This document shows, one piece after another, positions 19,342-28,671 of a DNA stretch of 64,000 nt (position 1 is its first letter; every line of letters starts with the position of its first letter). The stretch spans positions 910-64,909 of the forward strand of contig CAYSOG010000005.1 of assembly GCA_964432675.1 (NCBI GenBank), read 5' to 3'. The notes beneath the pieces were generated by a model. It worked only from the letters and a program-made list of their open reading frames with translations. It was not told the origin of the DNA and did no database searches. Made by a program: the position numbers and the translations under genes. The stretch comes from an uncultured Gammaproteobacteria bacterium (GTDB taxonomy: Bacteria > Patescibacteriota > Microgenomatia > CAYSOG01).

Positions 19342-20601
19342 ATGATGCCGCTTCACGTTTGGATAAAGGAAAAATATTTACTCACCCTATTTATTTGTCT
19401 ATTCATTATTGTCAGAAGTATCTATTTTCCACTTTTTGCCGCCTTTTCTTCTGACCAAGCGAATTTTTCACTGCATGCATTAGATATCATGGCTTCGCAT
19501 AAATTCACCTTAGTTGGACCGGCAATTTCGTTTGCGCTCGATGGGAGAACAATATTTCAAGGGTCAATTGTCTATTACTTCACCCTTTTATTTTTACTAC
19601 TAGGACATTTGGACCCGATGGTTAGTTCATACCTTTTCATGATTTTCTGCGGATTTATGGTAATACCACTTTACTATGGTGCGAAAATGCTCATCAATAG
19701 CAGAGCCGCTTGGCTTATAACTACTATATATGTCTTTTTTCCTTTTTATATAGCCCACACCCGTTATTTATGGAATGCAAATTATCAGTTTGCCCTTTTG
19801 CCGATTGTTATCTTCCTAATGGGATTGTATAAGGTAAAGTCTAACGTCATTATCTTAGTATTGCTTGGAGGATTGTTAGGGTTACTGCTCCAGTTCCACT
19901 ATCAACTTGTTACCGTTCTTATAGGACTGGTTATTTACTATATAAAATTTGCCAGTCTGGGACTAAAAAGATTAGGCTTATTTTTTGGGGGATTTCTTTT
20001 AGGGCTTTCGCCAATGCTAGCGTTTGAAGTGCATAGCCATTTTTACAATAGCCAGACCATCGTATTCTTCCTCACACATGCAAAGAGCTTTGTTGGCCAG
20101 AAGTCTAATTCCTACTTTGGCACACACTACCTGCTAAGTGTGTCGCTTTTTGCTTTTTTGCTTATTATCTACTTCTTACGGCAACATGTAACTTATCGTC
20201 GGATAGCACTCGTTGGCGGAGTGCTTGGACTTTGGTCGCTTGCCTTAGTTGTCCAAAAACCAAACCATGCTGAAGGCATGATTGCTGGATGGAACTATCC
20301 AAGTGAGGCAAAAGTCCACCAGATTATTGTGGCTCAACATCTTAAGGACTTTAATGTTGTGAATTTGCCGTCAGATACGCTCGCTCAGGTCCAAAAATAC
20401 CTACTGCGCAAGGACAAAGTGAAAATTAACGAGAATAATTATAAGACTGAACACTATCTGTTTGTTATTAGCAAGGATGCAAATTACATGCAAAATCCTG
20501 CATACGAAGTAAACTCTTTTACTCCATCAAGCCTTGTAAACCAATGGCCAATTAATAACGCTTTTACCCTCTATTTGTTGGAAAGGAAACCTCAAGATTA
20601 A
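19342..20601 (+). CDS. GT-C fold (PMT/ArnT-like) membrane glycosyltransferase
   Basis: FSSDQA, LVGP, QGSIVYY, RYLWNAN, QFHYQ, SPMLAFE; many TM segments. Confidence 0.75.
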   Translation: MMPLHVWIKEKYLLTLFICLFIIVRSIYFPLFAAFSSDQANFSLHALDIMASHKFTLVGPAISFALDGRTIFQGSIVYYFTLLFLLLGHLDPMVSSYLFMIFCGFMVIPLYYGAKMLINSRAAWLITTIYVFFPFYIAHTRYLWNANYQFALLPIVIFLMGLYKVKSNVIILVLLGGLLGLLLQFHYQLVTVLIGLVIYYIKFASLGLKRLGLFFGGFLLGLSPMLAFEVHSHFYNSQTIVFFLTHAKSFVGQKSNSYFGTHYLLSVSLFAFLLIIYFLRQHVTYRRIALVGGVLGLWSLALVVQKPNHAEGMIAGWNYPSEAKVHQIIVAQHLKDFNVVNLPSDTLAQVQKYLLRKDKVKINENNYKTEHYLFVISKDANYMQNPAYEVNSFTPSSLVNQWPINNAFTLYLLERKPQD

Positions 20602-20602
20602 T

Positions 20603-21874
20603 TTACTGTGCCTGGAAGCGGATGAGCTTACATGATTTCTCAAGGACTGTTGCTGGTTGGGCCAAGGTGAAGGTATTGAGCTGTAACTTCTTGTTGCCAG
20701 GGCTGGTGGGAGTAGGACGGGAACTTGGCCTTGGGGTTGGGGTGGCAGATCCCCTGCCAAATAGGTTGCCAAACCAATTAGCTATGATAGCAAAGATATT
20801 TTGGTTACCTGTCGTGCTTCCTAAAACTAAGCTGTTTGAAACCGCTTGTTTAGGAACACAGCTAAACTGAATCCAGGCCCGGTAAATCTTACCTTTTTCA
20901 AGTTGCGGAATTTGGGTTTGCCATTGTGATTGGTATCGTACAAGCGTTGGTGTATTGACTGTTGTTGTCGGGTTCACCGGCCCTGATTGGCCAATGATGG
21001 TGGCATTGTCACTGTCCCCGGCACCGAGGAAGAAGCTCATATTACTGACTTTTGCTTTCTGGGTATTTGACCCTTCAACTTTGGCAAATGCTGTAAATGT
21101 TGTTTGCTTTCCAGGTATGATATCGGTATTATCCATACCGTCACACGTACAAAGCGTTTCATCAAATGGCGTCGGCGATGGACTAGGTGTAGGTGTGGGC
21201 GTTGGGGTTGGGGTGGGCGTAGGTTGGCAGACATTTTGGCCTGCCCCATTTGGCAAACATTTTGGACATCCTACCGCTTGGACACACTGACTATCGTTTT
21301 GGCATATCATACCGCAAGCCGGCGGTGGTGTTGGTGTTGGTGTAGGTGTCGGCGTTGGTGTTGGACTTGGTGTTGGTGGTACCTGACAAATAGAGTGTGC
21401 AATATCATTTGGATTTGGCAAACATGCCGTACATTGGCCGGCTAGGGAACAGTCATTATTGGAATTGCAACTTGAACCACAAGCAGGTGGAGGCGTTGGT
21501 GTCGGGGTTGGGGTCGGTGTTACCGGGTTGGTAATTATCACTGACCCACCGTTTTGGCATGTTAGTGTTAATGTACCATCAGGATTTTGGGTTATTGTTA
21601 CAGCACCATCGGCACCTGCTGCTGCCGTACCGGCTTGCGCTGCTTGTTCAAGCGTAGCTCCCGAAAGTAATGCATTTTTGACCGCCGTGACGATATTAAT
21701 CCAGGCGGGCATGTTTGGCACCGTATTAATATTCGGTATATAGTCGCCAAATCCACCATAACTCAAGTTTCCATTTAAAACTTCCCGCTGTGCATAAGCA
21801 ACATTAGTTAATCGTGTAGTACTCACGATTCCAAGACTTAAAAGTAATATTGCTAGAACTAACTTTATTCTCAT
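20603..21874 (-). CDS. Secreted Cys-rich, Pro-Thr-linker surface protein B
   Basis: Signal peptide; two 6-Cys modules separated by (PT)n; C-terminal ~185 aa shared with 23178..24494. Confidence 0.8.
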   Translation of the reverse strand: MRIKLVLAILLLSLGIVSTTRLTNVAYAQREVLNGNLSYGGFGDYIPNINTVPNMPAWINIVTAVKNALLSGATLEQAAQAGTAAAGADGAVTITQNPDGTLTLTCQNGGSVIITNPVTPTPTPTPTPPPACGSSCNSNNDCSLAGQCTACLPNPNDIAHSICQVPPTPSPTPTPTPTPTPTPPPACGMICQNDSQCVQAVGCPKCLPNGAGQNVCQPTPTPTPTPTPTPSPSPTPFDETLCTCDGMDNTDIIPGKQTTFTAFAKVEGSNTQKAKVSNMSFFLGAGDSDNATIIGQSGPVNPTTTVNTPTLVRYQSQWQTQIPQLEKGKIYRAWIQFSCVPKQAVSNSLVLGSTTGNQNIFAIIANWFGNLFGRGSATPTPRPSSRPTPTSPGNKKLQLNTFTLAQPATVLEKSCKLIRFQAQ

Positions 21875-23130
21875 GATTTAATAAGCGATTGAAATTCTTG
21901 GTTTGCTGCCAGTCCTTCAAAAAATTTGTACTTGACATCATTCCTGGCGGTTATCTTTATACCTGGATTTTCCTCAATGGCCTGCTTAACAAATTGTAAG
22001 GCAAGCGTCTGGTTACCGAGCTTTGAAAGCGTTTTTGCAAATTCATAGCTGAGCCTTGCTTTCATGCCTGTTTTGTCATTTTGCGTTAAAAGCGTATTAT
22101 CATTGTCTATCCTTTTTAGGGCGTAGGCAAAGTAACCAGCCGCTTCCTTATCATAGCCACCGGCACGAACGACGATACCGATTAAGTAGTAATTTTCGGA
22201 AATCTTCGGATTTAGGGCAATCGCTTTTTTTAAGGCATTCACTCCTTCATAGGTGTGCCCATTGATCGCCATGAGGTATCCATACTGTGCTGCAGCTGGA
22301 GCAAAGGAGGGGTCTGCCGCTACAGCTTGCTTAGCAAACCCAATTGCCTTATCCATGGAAACAATTTTTGTCTGTTCTATTGTCGCCATGTTTGTGAAAG
22401 CTTCTGATTTAAGTTGCGCCGGTATAGTCGGCTGTTGCGTGGCCTGCTGGAAATACGTGAACGCTTCAGTAACATTACCCTTTCTTACACTTTGGCGGGC
22501 TTTTGCTAAAACGGCCTGGGGATTTTTAGGATCTAAAGCATAGGCTTTGTCGTATGCTTGGAAGGCACTTTGCTGTTGGCCTAGAAACTCTAGGACGTGG
22601 CCTTTATGGAACCAAGCTTCGGGATTTTTACCGTCAACCGCTATAGCTTTATTGTAATAACCCAGCGCTTCGGTGTATTTGCCGGCTGTTTCATTAATAT
22701 ACCCTGCTGCCAAAAGGACATTGACATCATTTGGATATTTGGCTAAAGCTTGATCGATGTATTTTTTTGCACTATTAAATGCACTTGTCTCATCACCACT
22801 TAAATTACCTTTTTCTGCTATTGTGGTAATTAATCCAGCAAACAGGCTTGGGTCTTGCTGCATACCAAGTGCTTGCGTGAACTTCTTTTCTGCACTAGTG
22901 TAATTACCACCGTTATAATCTGCAGCCGCGCTTGCCCCAAGCGTTAAAGCGGCTGATTGGTTATTCGGTTTGTTAAATTTCAAGACCAAAAGGGTAATAA
23001 CAACCAATACGGCTCCAATGATAAGACATACCAGTAGCACATTCCCCTTCGGATTATTATTGTCAGATTGTTGGTTGGAAGATAATCCTTGAAGTAGTAG
23101 ATTTTTTTCAGCCTTTATGTCATTGCGCAT
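21871..23130 (-). CDS. Membrane-anchored tetratricopeptide-repeat protein
   Basis: Single N-terminal TM; repeated A-x3-Y-x2-AI-x2-DP/NP TPR pattern; stop overlaps the start of protein B (ATGA). Confidence 0.88.
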   Translation of the reverse strand: MRNDIKAEKNLLLQGLSSNQQSDNNNPKGNVLLVCLIIGAVLVVITLLVLKFNKPNNQSAALTLGASAAADYNGGNYTSAEKKFTQALGMQQDPSLFAGLITTIAEKGNLSGDETSAFNSAKKYIDQALAKYPNDVNVLLAAGYINETAGKYTEALGYYNKAIAVDGKNPEAWFHKGHVLEFLGQQQSAFQAYDKAYALDPKNPQAVLAKARQSVRKGNVTEAFTYFQQATQQPTIPAQLKSEAFTNMATIEQTKIVSMDKAIGFAKQAVAADPSFAPAAAQYGYLMAINGHTYEGVNALKKAIALNPKISENYYLIGIVVRAGGYDKEAAGYFAYALKRIDNDNTLLTQNDKTGMKARLSYEFAKTLSKLGNQTLALQFVKQAIEENPGIKITARNDVKYKFFEGLAANQEFQSLIKS

Positions 23131-23177
23131 ATTTTAATACTATCACTCTACCTTTTAAGACTGCAACAATGGCATAT

Positions 23178-24494
23178 TTACTGCGCCTGGAAGCGGATGA
23201 GCTTACATGATTTCTCAAGGATGAGGGAGGGTTGGCCCAAGGTGAAGGTATTGAGCTGTAACTTCTTGTTGCCAGGGCTGGTGGGAGTAGGACGGGAACT
23301 TGGCCTTGGGGTTGGGGTGGCAGACCCCCTGCCGATCAGACGGCTAAACCAGCTGCCAATGATATCCCAGATACTCGAGTTTTGGCTAGACGATCCTAAG
23401 ACTAAGCTGTTGACCGTACTGGCTGGACCCTTTTGGGCACAGTCAATTTGAACCCAGGCCCGGTAGATCTTACCCTTTTCCAGTTGGGGAATTTGCTGCT
23501 GCCAAGTTGATTGGTAACGGACAAGGTTGGGATTGTTGGCAATGACTTGGGACTGAACTGGTCCTGATTGGCCAATGATGGTGGCATTGTCACTGTCCCC
23601 GGCACCGAGGAAGAAACGGATGTCGTTCACTTGGGCTTTGGAAGTATCAGCCCCTTCTACCTTGGCAAAGGCCGTAAAGGTTGTTTGTTGGCCTGGGGTA
23701 ATATCAGTCGTATCCATACCATCACACTTACACATATCAGGGCTAAAGCCTGGTGTTGGGGAAGGAGTTGGTGGGGATGTTGGTGGTGGGGTTGGCGGTG
23801 GGGTTGGAGGAACCTGGCAAGTATTAATGCCACCACCGTTTGGCAGACATGCTGTGCACTGGCCAGCTAATGAACAGTCGTTGTTATTGTTACATTGACT
23901 ATTGCAAGCTGGAGGCGGCGACGGTGATGGGGTCGCTACGGGACAACTGCAGCTAGTGCTATCTTGGCAAGATGGATTTCGGCATTGGCCCTGGAAACAA
24001 AATCCGGAAGCACAATCCGAATTCCCTTGGCATGTGGCATTACAGGCTAAATTTGGTTGCGGCGTTGGTGTTGGTGGAACTTGGCACGTATTTTGGCCGC
24101 CGCCGTTTGGTAAGCAGGCGGAACATTGGCCAGCTAATGAACAGTCGTTGTTATTGTTACATTGGCTGTTACAGGCCGGCGTGGTTGTCGGTGCAGGTGT
24201 GGGGTTCTGGCAGGAATCAACCTTACAGTTAATCCACCCATTGCTACATTGGAAATGATAAATGCCGACGTTACCGGTGGCGGGCTCGCACTGGTCATCT
24301 ACCGGTACACAAATTTGGTCTGGACGACACTGGTTACCACAAACCTCAGGAACAGCATTACTCACAGCAATAGCTTGCGGTGCTGCGGCAAACCACACGA
24401 TCATCGATACTAACACTGAGAAAAAGGCAATCATAATGCGGCTTGTCTTACTAACGCCGCGCCAAACTCGTTCACCTTTTTTTATAAAGGACAT
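23178..24494 (-). CDS. Secreted Cys-rich, Pro-Thr-linker surface protein A
   Basis: Signal/TM segment; near-identical ACNSQCNNNNDCSLAGQC-x-ACLPNGGG modules plus a CRNPSC module; shared C-terminal domain. Confidence 0.8.
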   Translation of the reverse strand: MSFIKKGERVWRGVSKTSRIMIAFFSVLVSMIVWFAAAPQAIAVSNAVPEVCGNQCRPDQICVPVDDQCEPATGNVGIYHFQCSNGWINCKVDSCQNPTPAPTTTPACNSQCNNNNDCSLAGQCSACLPNGGGQNTCQVPPTPTPQPNLACNATCQGNSDCASGFCFQGQCRNPSCQDSTSCSCPVATPSPSPPPACNSQCNNNNDCSLAGQCTACLPNGGGINTCQVPPTPPPTPPPTSPPTPSPTPGFSPDMCKCDGMDTTDITPGQQTTFTAFAKVEGADTSKAQVNDIRFFLGAGDSDNATIIGQSGPVQSQVIANNPNLVRYQSTWQQQIPQLEKGKIYRAWVQIDCAQKGPASTVNSLVLGSSSQNSSIWDIIGSWFSRLIGRGSATPTPRPSSRPTPTSPGNKKLQLNTFTLGQPSLILEKSCKLIRFQAQ

Positions 24495-24495
24495 A

Positions 24496-25731
24496 TTACC
24501 CTGTCCCTTTCAATAAATATAGTAAATAAAGCGTATAAGCGCTATCGGACGTTAAGATATAATGTTCTGTTCCAGCCCCCATCGCAATCGGCCTAGCCAT
24601 AAATATCGTCCCGCCTTCGCCATAAATTTTCTTTTGCTGCTTGCCATCATAAAACGTGTTCATGAAAAATGCCATGAGTTTTTTCCCTGTATCATTATAA
24701 GACTTGTCATTTGTTACCTGCGCCATCTCGAAGTAACTCTCAATACATGGCTGGATTTCTACCGGGTTTATGAATCCGTCGTAATCCTTCGTTAAGTCGT
24801 ATGTTGCCATCGATTGTTTCACCGCCTGTAAAATTTGGGGGTTATTTTGCCGGCCAATGTCGATGCCGGCCAGCCAATACCAGCAACCAAACTGCGGAAA
24901 ATGAGGGCCGGTTACATAGTAAAGCGGTACTTGTTGCTTAAAGGTGTTTTGAGCCAAATCGAAGCGCTTGATCGCTTCCTGCATGTATTGTGTGTTGTGG
25001 GTGATCTCAGACACGAGCGCCAACTCCCGTGCCTCAATAGTAAGCAGCATATATTGGGTATTGGGCGGTGTTTTAGTAAGCAAGTCGGCTTCCTGATTTA
25101 AAAACGTCAAAATAGCCGGGTCTTTGGTCTCGCTATACAACCGAACCGGTTGGTCTAATATCCAAAGACACTGATTTCGGTTTGCAGCACACCAAGTATT
25201 AAGCGATGCGAAATCGGCTTTCGCGAGCTGCAAGTATTTGGGATTATTTTGCATTTTATAACCTGCTAAATAACCTAACATTGTCCAACTATTCGTAGTC
25301 TGAAATACTTGCTGGCCGTTGAATGGACACACGCTTTGACCATTTTTAGGAATGCACTGATTATTGTACCGTGAAATGTAATTATAAAACCCATCTTTGC
25401 GCTGCATACTCTGCAAGTAAAGCAACGAGGTAAGCGTGACCGCTGTAACTGCTGAAGGATCATTTTTGGCAATTTGGCCGCCAAAACCGCCTTCCCTCGC
25501 TGCTGCTGCTCCACCGGCCGTTCCCTGCTTAGAAGCAGCATTTTTACCTAAACGGAGCAATAGCAACAGCAATGCCGTCACAATGACTGCAACAATACCT
25601 ATCGGCAACCAATATTTTCGAAAAAATGAAACTTTCTGTTGTATACGCGGTTGACTAGGAGATTCTAAAGGCGGTTGCGGTGTTTGATCCTCTGGTGTGA
25701 TTGGTGGTTGAGATGTAGATTTGTTATCCAT
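24496..25731 (-). CDS. Membrane-anchored extracytoplasmic alpha/alpha-toroid protein (six-hairpin glycosidase or terpene-cyclase-like fold, uncertain)
   Basis: Pro-rich N-terminus plus TM; LQSMQRKDGFY resembles a QW repeat; repeated helical Y..T.D..YL..A pattern. Confidence 0.5.
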   Translation of the reverse strand: MDNKSTSQPPITPEDQTPQPPLESPSQPRIQQKVSFFRKYWLPIGIVAVIVTALLLLLLRLGKNAASKQGTAGGAAAAREGGFGGQIAKNDPSAVTAVTLTSLLYLQSMQRKDGFYNYISRYNNQCIPKNGQSVCPFNGQQVFQTTNSWTMLGYLAGYKMQNNPKYLQLAKADFASLNTWCAANRNQCLWILDQPVRLYSETKDPAILTFLNQEADLLTKTPPNTQYMLLTIEARELALVSEITHNTQYMQEAIKRFDLAQNTFKQQVPLYYVTGPHFPQFGCWYWLAGIDIGRQNNPQILQAVKQSMATYDLTKDYDGFINPVEIQPCIESYFEMAQVTNDKSYNDTGKKLMAFFMNTFYDGKQQKKIYGEGGTIFMARPIAMGAGTEHYILTSDSAYTLYLLYLLKGTG

Positions 25732-25751
25732 TGCAGCGTCATAACCGTTTG

Positions 25752-26345
25752 TTATTTATTGGTATCGGCAAGCTTGAGATAAAAGTAGAGTGCGGTTCCA
25801 GCAAGCATAAAGCCTAAGCCGCCGAAGGCCAGAAGTAAGGTTGTTTCAGCACTACCCGTTTTTGGCAATTTAGCCGGAGGTGTGGGTGTTGGGGCAATCG
25901 TCCCACCGCCTTGGACTTGGCAAAGCAAACTAAAGGTTCCGGTGGCACCAGTATTGCCGCATGAATTAACCGCTGCGACATCACATTTGTAGGTTTTCCC
26001 CTGCGTTACAGGAAAAGTTACCTTGGTTGTAGCAGTCGGTTCAGATTCACTTTTCACAACTTTCCCGCTTTCAACTTCAGTTACGGTTAAATTGTATGAT
26101 GAAGCGTTTGCCACAGCCCCCCAACTACAACTAGCGTTCACAAACGAACATTGGGCGCCATTACAGCTTGGGAACTCAACCAAGACACTCGAAACTTGGT
26201 CTGGAACTGGACAAGCCTGGGCTTGTGCTTGCACCTGCGGAACAAGAGCACTGGGCTTCGGTAATGCCGAAGGCGCCAAGACCAAAAGGCCAAAACCCAG
26301 AATGGTAACGAATAGTGGCAGCAATCGTATTTTCATGCTATTCAT
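25752..26345 (-). CDS. FN3-like domain protein with LPXTG sorting signal
   Basis: Signal peptide; W-x5-A-x2-Y...GKTY-x-C-x-VAAVN FN3-like pattern; LPKTG followed by a hydrophobic segment and K-containing tail. Confidence 0.75.
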   Translation of the reverse strand: MNSMKIRLLPLFVTILGFGLLVLAPSALPKPSALVPQVQAQAQACPVPDQVSSVLVEFPSCNGAQCSFVNASCSWGAVANASSYNLTVTEVESGKVVKSESEPTATTKVTFPVTQGKTYKCDVAAVNSCGNTGATGTFSLLCQVQGGGTIAPTPTPPAKLPKTGSAETTLLLAFGGLGFMLAGTALYFYLKLADTNK

Positions 26346-26389
26346 GTCTGAAAGGTTGGTATAACGTCAAAAAAATCTACCTAGTATTT

Positions 26390-26418
26390 AGCGTAGTACT
26401 ATTAATAGAGATAGTCAA
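26390..26418 (-). promoter_or_regulatory. Sigma70-like promoter for the surface-protein module
   Basis: Minus strand TTGACT-N17-TACGCT. Confidence 0.55.
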
Positions 26419-26488
26419 GACAACAACGTAAAAACGTGCTCTTTATTTTATAAATGGAATATAGAACAACGGGATATCATCAGAAGGG

Positions 26489-26539
26489 AAAAAATAAGGC
26501 AGGGGCTGAAACGGGTGTAAACCGCTTCGGCCACCTGCC
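26489..26539 (-). terminator. Intrinsic terminator closing the kinase-vWA-PK-like operon
   Basis: GGCAGG...CCTGCC extended stem followed by TTATTTTTT on the minus strand. Confidence 0.65.
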
Positions 26540-26550
26540 GATTAAATATC

Positions 26551-27591
26551 TTAACTACTGCGAACGTGGAGCATCTGCTGAAACATCCTCGACAATGACC
26601 ACCCCCGCGGTTCAGGCATGGCTGCCATACCGATACTGGGTACGGGTTCATTAGCTGGATACGATTGCCGAAAGACATCAAAGACATTAACCGCTGTTGA
26701 TAGCAAGTCCTCTTTCAAGCAAAGCTCATCGCAGAGCAACATACTGCGAAAACCATGGTCATACAACCAGGCAAGCTCAAGGAAATCTGAACAGGAAGGC
26801 ACTGGAGCATGCACAACTGATAGCAGTATCCTTGAACCGACACATGCTTCGGGATCTTTACTTATAATAAGCTCGTGGGCCGCTAAAATTTCATGCGGTT
26901 TATCGATTTCAACGTATAGGTCACCACGGGCTACTACTAAGACAAGGTTGGATTGCTTGACGAATTCGTTTTGGACGTATGCCAGACCTTTAGGGTTTTC
27001 AATTTTTAGCATTACCTCTTGATCGCGACCAACAACGTCAAGAAACTCTTCAACGTCAGCCTGCCGCTCAACAAATGAAAGGTAATACCTTGTAAAACCG
27101 GCCTTTTTCACCTTTGCAATTTTTTCATATTCTACATCGGTAAAAAGTGGGCCATTGACAACCAGGCTTGGGTCACGAATACAGATCGATTCCCCAGCCT
27201 TGATATTGTAGTACGGTGGCTCAGTCAAGTGTAACTCATAGCCATCGTCCGACAACTCGGTTAAAAGCGCATTATCTTCGCCAGCTTTCAAAAGGACTGG
27301 TGTTGGTGTTACCACACTAATTGGATGGTTTAGGCGAAGCTTTGGGTATTCTTTACCACCGCGCTCTACAACCTCGACCTCAGCAATGCGTAGTTGCCTG
27401 CCCTTAACGTCGAAGTAAAGCGGCACGGTTGGCGCCGTATTAGCGATAATGGCTAGCTCTGCATCGAGGTCATCGAGAGCCATCATGGCAGAGTTTATCC
27501 TAATACCGGCAAGCCTTGGATCTTTTGCAAACCGTTCAAAATGCGGAAAACTTGGCCACAATGTGACATGGAGTTTTGCAGTATTCGCCAC
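26551..27591 (-). CDS. Divergent pyruvate-kinase-family TIM-barrel protein lacking the C-terminal allosteric domain
   Basis: Collinear PK motifs: TLWP, RINS, DVKGRQLR, SFVE, KIEN, VARGDLYVE, P-x-PS, MLLCDE; GTG start with AAGGAGG SD. Confidence 0.8.
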   Translation of the reverse strand: MANTAKLHVTLWPSFPHFERFAKDPRLAGIRINSAMMALDDLDAELAIIANTAPTVPLYFDVKGRQLRIAEVEVVERGGKEYPKLRLNHPISVVTPTPVLLKAGEDNALLTELSDDGYELHLTEPPYYNIKAGESICIRDPSLVVNGPLFTDVEYEKIAKVKKAGFTRYYLSFVERQADVEEFLDVVGRDQEVMLKIENPKGLAYVQNEFVKQSNLVLVVARGDLYVEIDKPHEILAAHELIISKDPEACVGSRILLSVVHAPVPSCSDFLELAWLYDHGFRSMLLCDELCLKEDLLSTAVNVFDVFRQSYPANEPVPSIGMAAMPEPRGWSLSRMFQQMLHVRSS

Positions 27592-27618
27592 GGTACCTCC
27601 TTACCTTTAGCGAGTAAG

Positions 27619-27650
27619 AACTAGGGGACGGCACCTGCCACCCCCTAGTT
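27619..27650 (-). other. Intercistronic hairpin between the vWA and PK-like genes
   Basis: AACTAGGGG...CCCCTAGTT stem with inner GGCA/TGCC; weak U-tract. Confidence 0.5.
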
Positions 27651-27662
27651 GAATTTTGACGA

Positions 27663-28652
27663 CTAAATCAGTGGTTTTGACCGTTCACCGTCGCCGGCAC
27701 CCAGCAAGCGGGAATTACCAAGCGGTTTGTGCTTGTCTTCATCATCTTCGTCACCCGGCAACATTTTGTGAATGCCAGCGAGTGCCGTATATACAGTTGC
27801 CACCTGGTCGGGTCTCTGCCTTCCTTCAATTTCGATCTTAAAGTGGTGGCGCATGGATGTTGCTTCAGCTAAAATGCCGAATATAACGTCCACAACCCGT
27901 TCCGGATCAGGTAAAACGGCGATGTGATCATAACCAACCAAGTCGGCCCAATAATCAAACATTCTATTCTCAAGGGCTTTCATTTGGTCACTATCTGATC
28001 TACTAGTGTCAAACGGTTTTTTAATGACATATACCGCACATTTACGGGCAAGCTCTGTGAATACTTCTTTTGTTGATAGCCTACCTGGCAGGTCAACATG
28101 ACCATACTTCTTGGCATGATCACCATTGACGAACGGGTACGGCATTTCATCACCAATGAAGATAACAATCGGCCGCAGCGCCTTTGGCATATGAACATTG
28201 CGGGCAATATACAAGGCCGCAAGCTCGTATGTTTCTTGGCGTTGACCACCACCATTGCTTTCTATTTTGAGCTGTTCCAACTGAGTCGCAAGGTCGGTAC
28301 CCTTGGTAAATGGCCGAACCTGTAGCGGATAACTATCAGAGTAGGCATCCCCAATAGCAAAGAAGCTGATTTCCATTTCCTCACCGAGATACGATTTTCC
28401 TTCGATCTCAAGGTATCCCAGTTTGGAAAAAATGACAGCTGTCCAGTCACCCATTGAACCGGTTTCGTCAGTTACGACGATGAGTGGTTGTGGACTATCA
28501 GTCGAGATAGATTCCGGTACTAGGTCGGCAGCTTTTACACCGGCGGCTCTCGCATCGCTGTAACTGCGGCCAACATGCGTGTCGTACGCTCTGCGTGCTG
28601 CAGCAAAATCATGGCCCTTCCAGGCACCAGGATTAAAATCAGCGTTCCCCAT
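27663..28652 (-). CDS. von Willebrand factor A (vWA) domain protein
   Basis: MIDAS-like DETGSMG, GGGQ..ETYELAA, IFIGDE. Confidence 0.85.
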   Translation of the reverse strand: MGNADFNPGAWKGHDFAAARRAYDTHVGRSYSDARAAGVKAADLVPESISTDSPQPLIVVTDETGSMGDWTAVIFSKLGYLEIEGKSYLGEEMEISFFAIGDAYSDSYPLQVRPFTKGTDLATQLEQLKIESNGGGQRQETYELAALYIARNVHMPKALRPIVIFIGDEMPYPFVNGDHAKKYGHVDLPGRLSTKEVFTELARKCAVYVIKKPFDTSRSDSDQMKALENRMFDYWADLVGYDHIAVLPDPERVVDVIFGILAEATSMRHHFKIEIEGRQRPDQVATVYTALAGIHKMLPGDEDDEDKHKPLGNSRLLGAGDGERSKPLI

Positions 28653-28671
28653 GGTTTGTTACCTTCTCTTT

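Noticed and set aside
20603-23615. Diversity-generating retroelement (TR/VR pair) explaining the C-terminal repeats
   Set aside because: No reverse transcriptase in the window, both copies are in coding genes, and the differences are not confined to adenines.
21170-24070. CRISPR-like or tandem GGTGTT/GGGGTT repeats
   Set aside because: These encode Pro-Thr linkers; there is no constant repeat with unique spacers and no cas genes.
26551-27591. Ordinary glycolytic pyk
   Set aside because: Lacks the C-terminal domain, several conserved motifs are altered, and the context is non-glycolytic, so no gene symbol was assigned.
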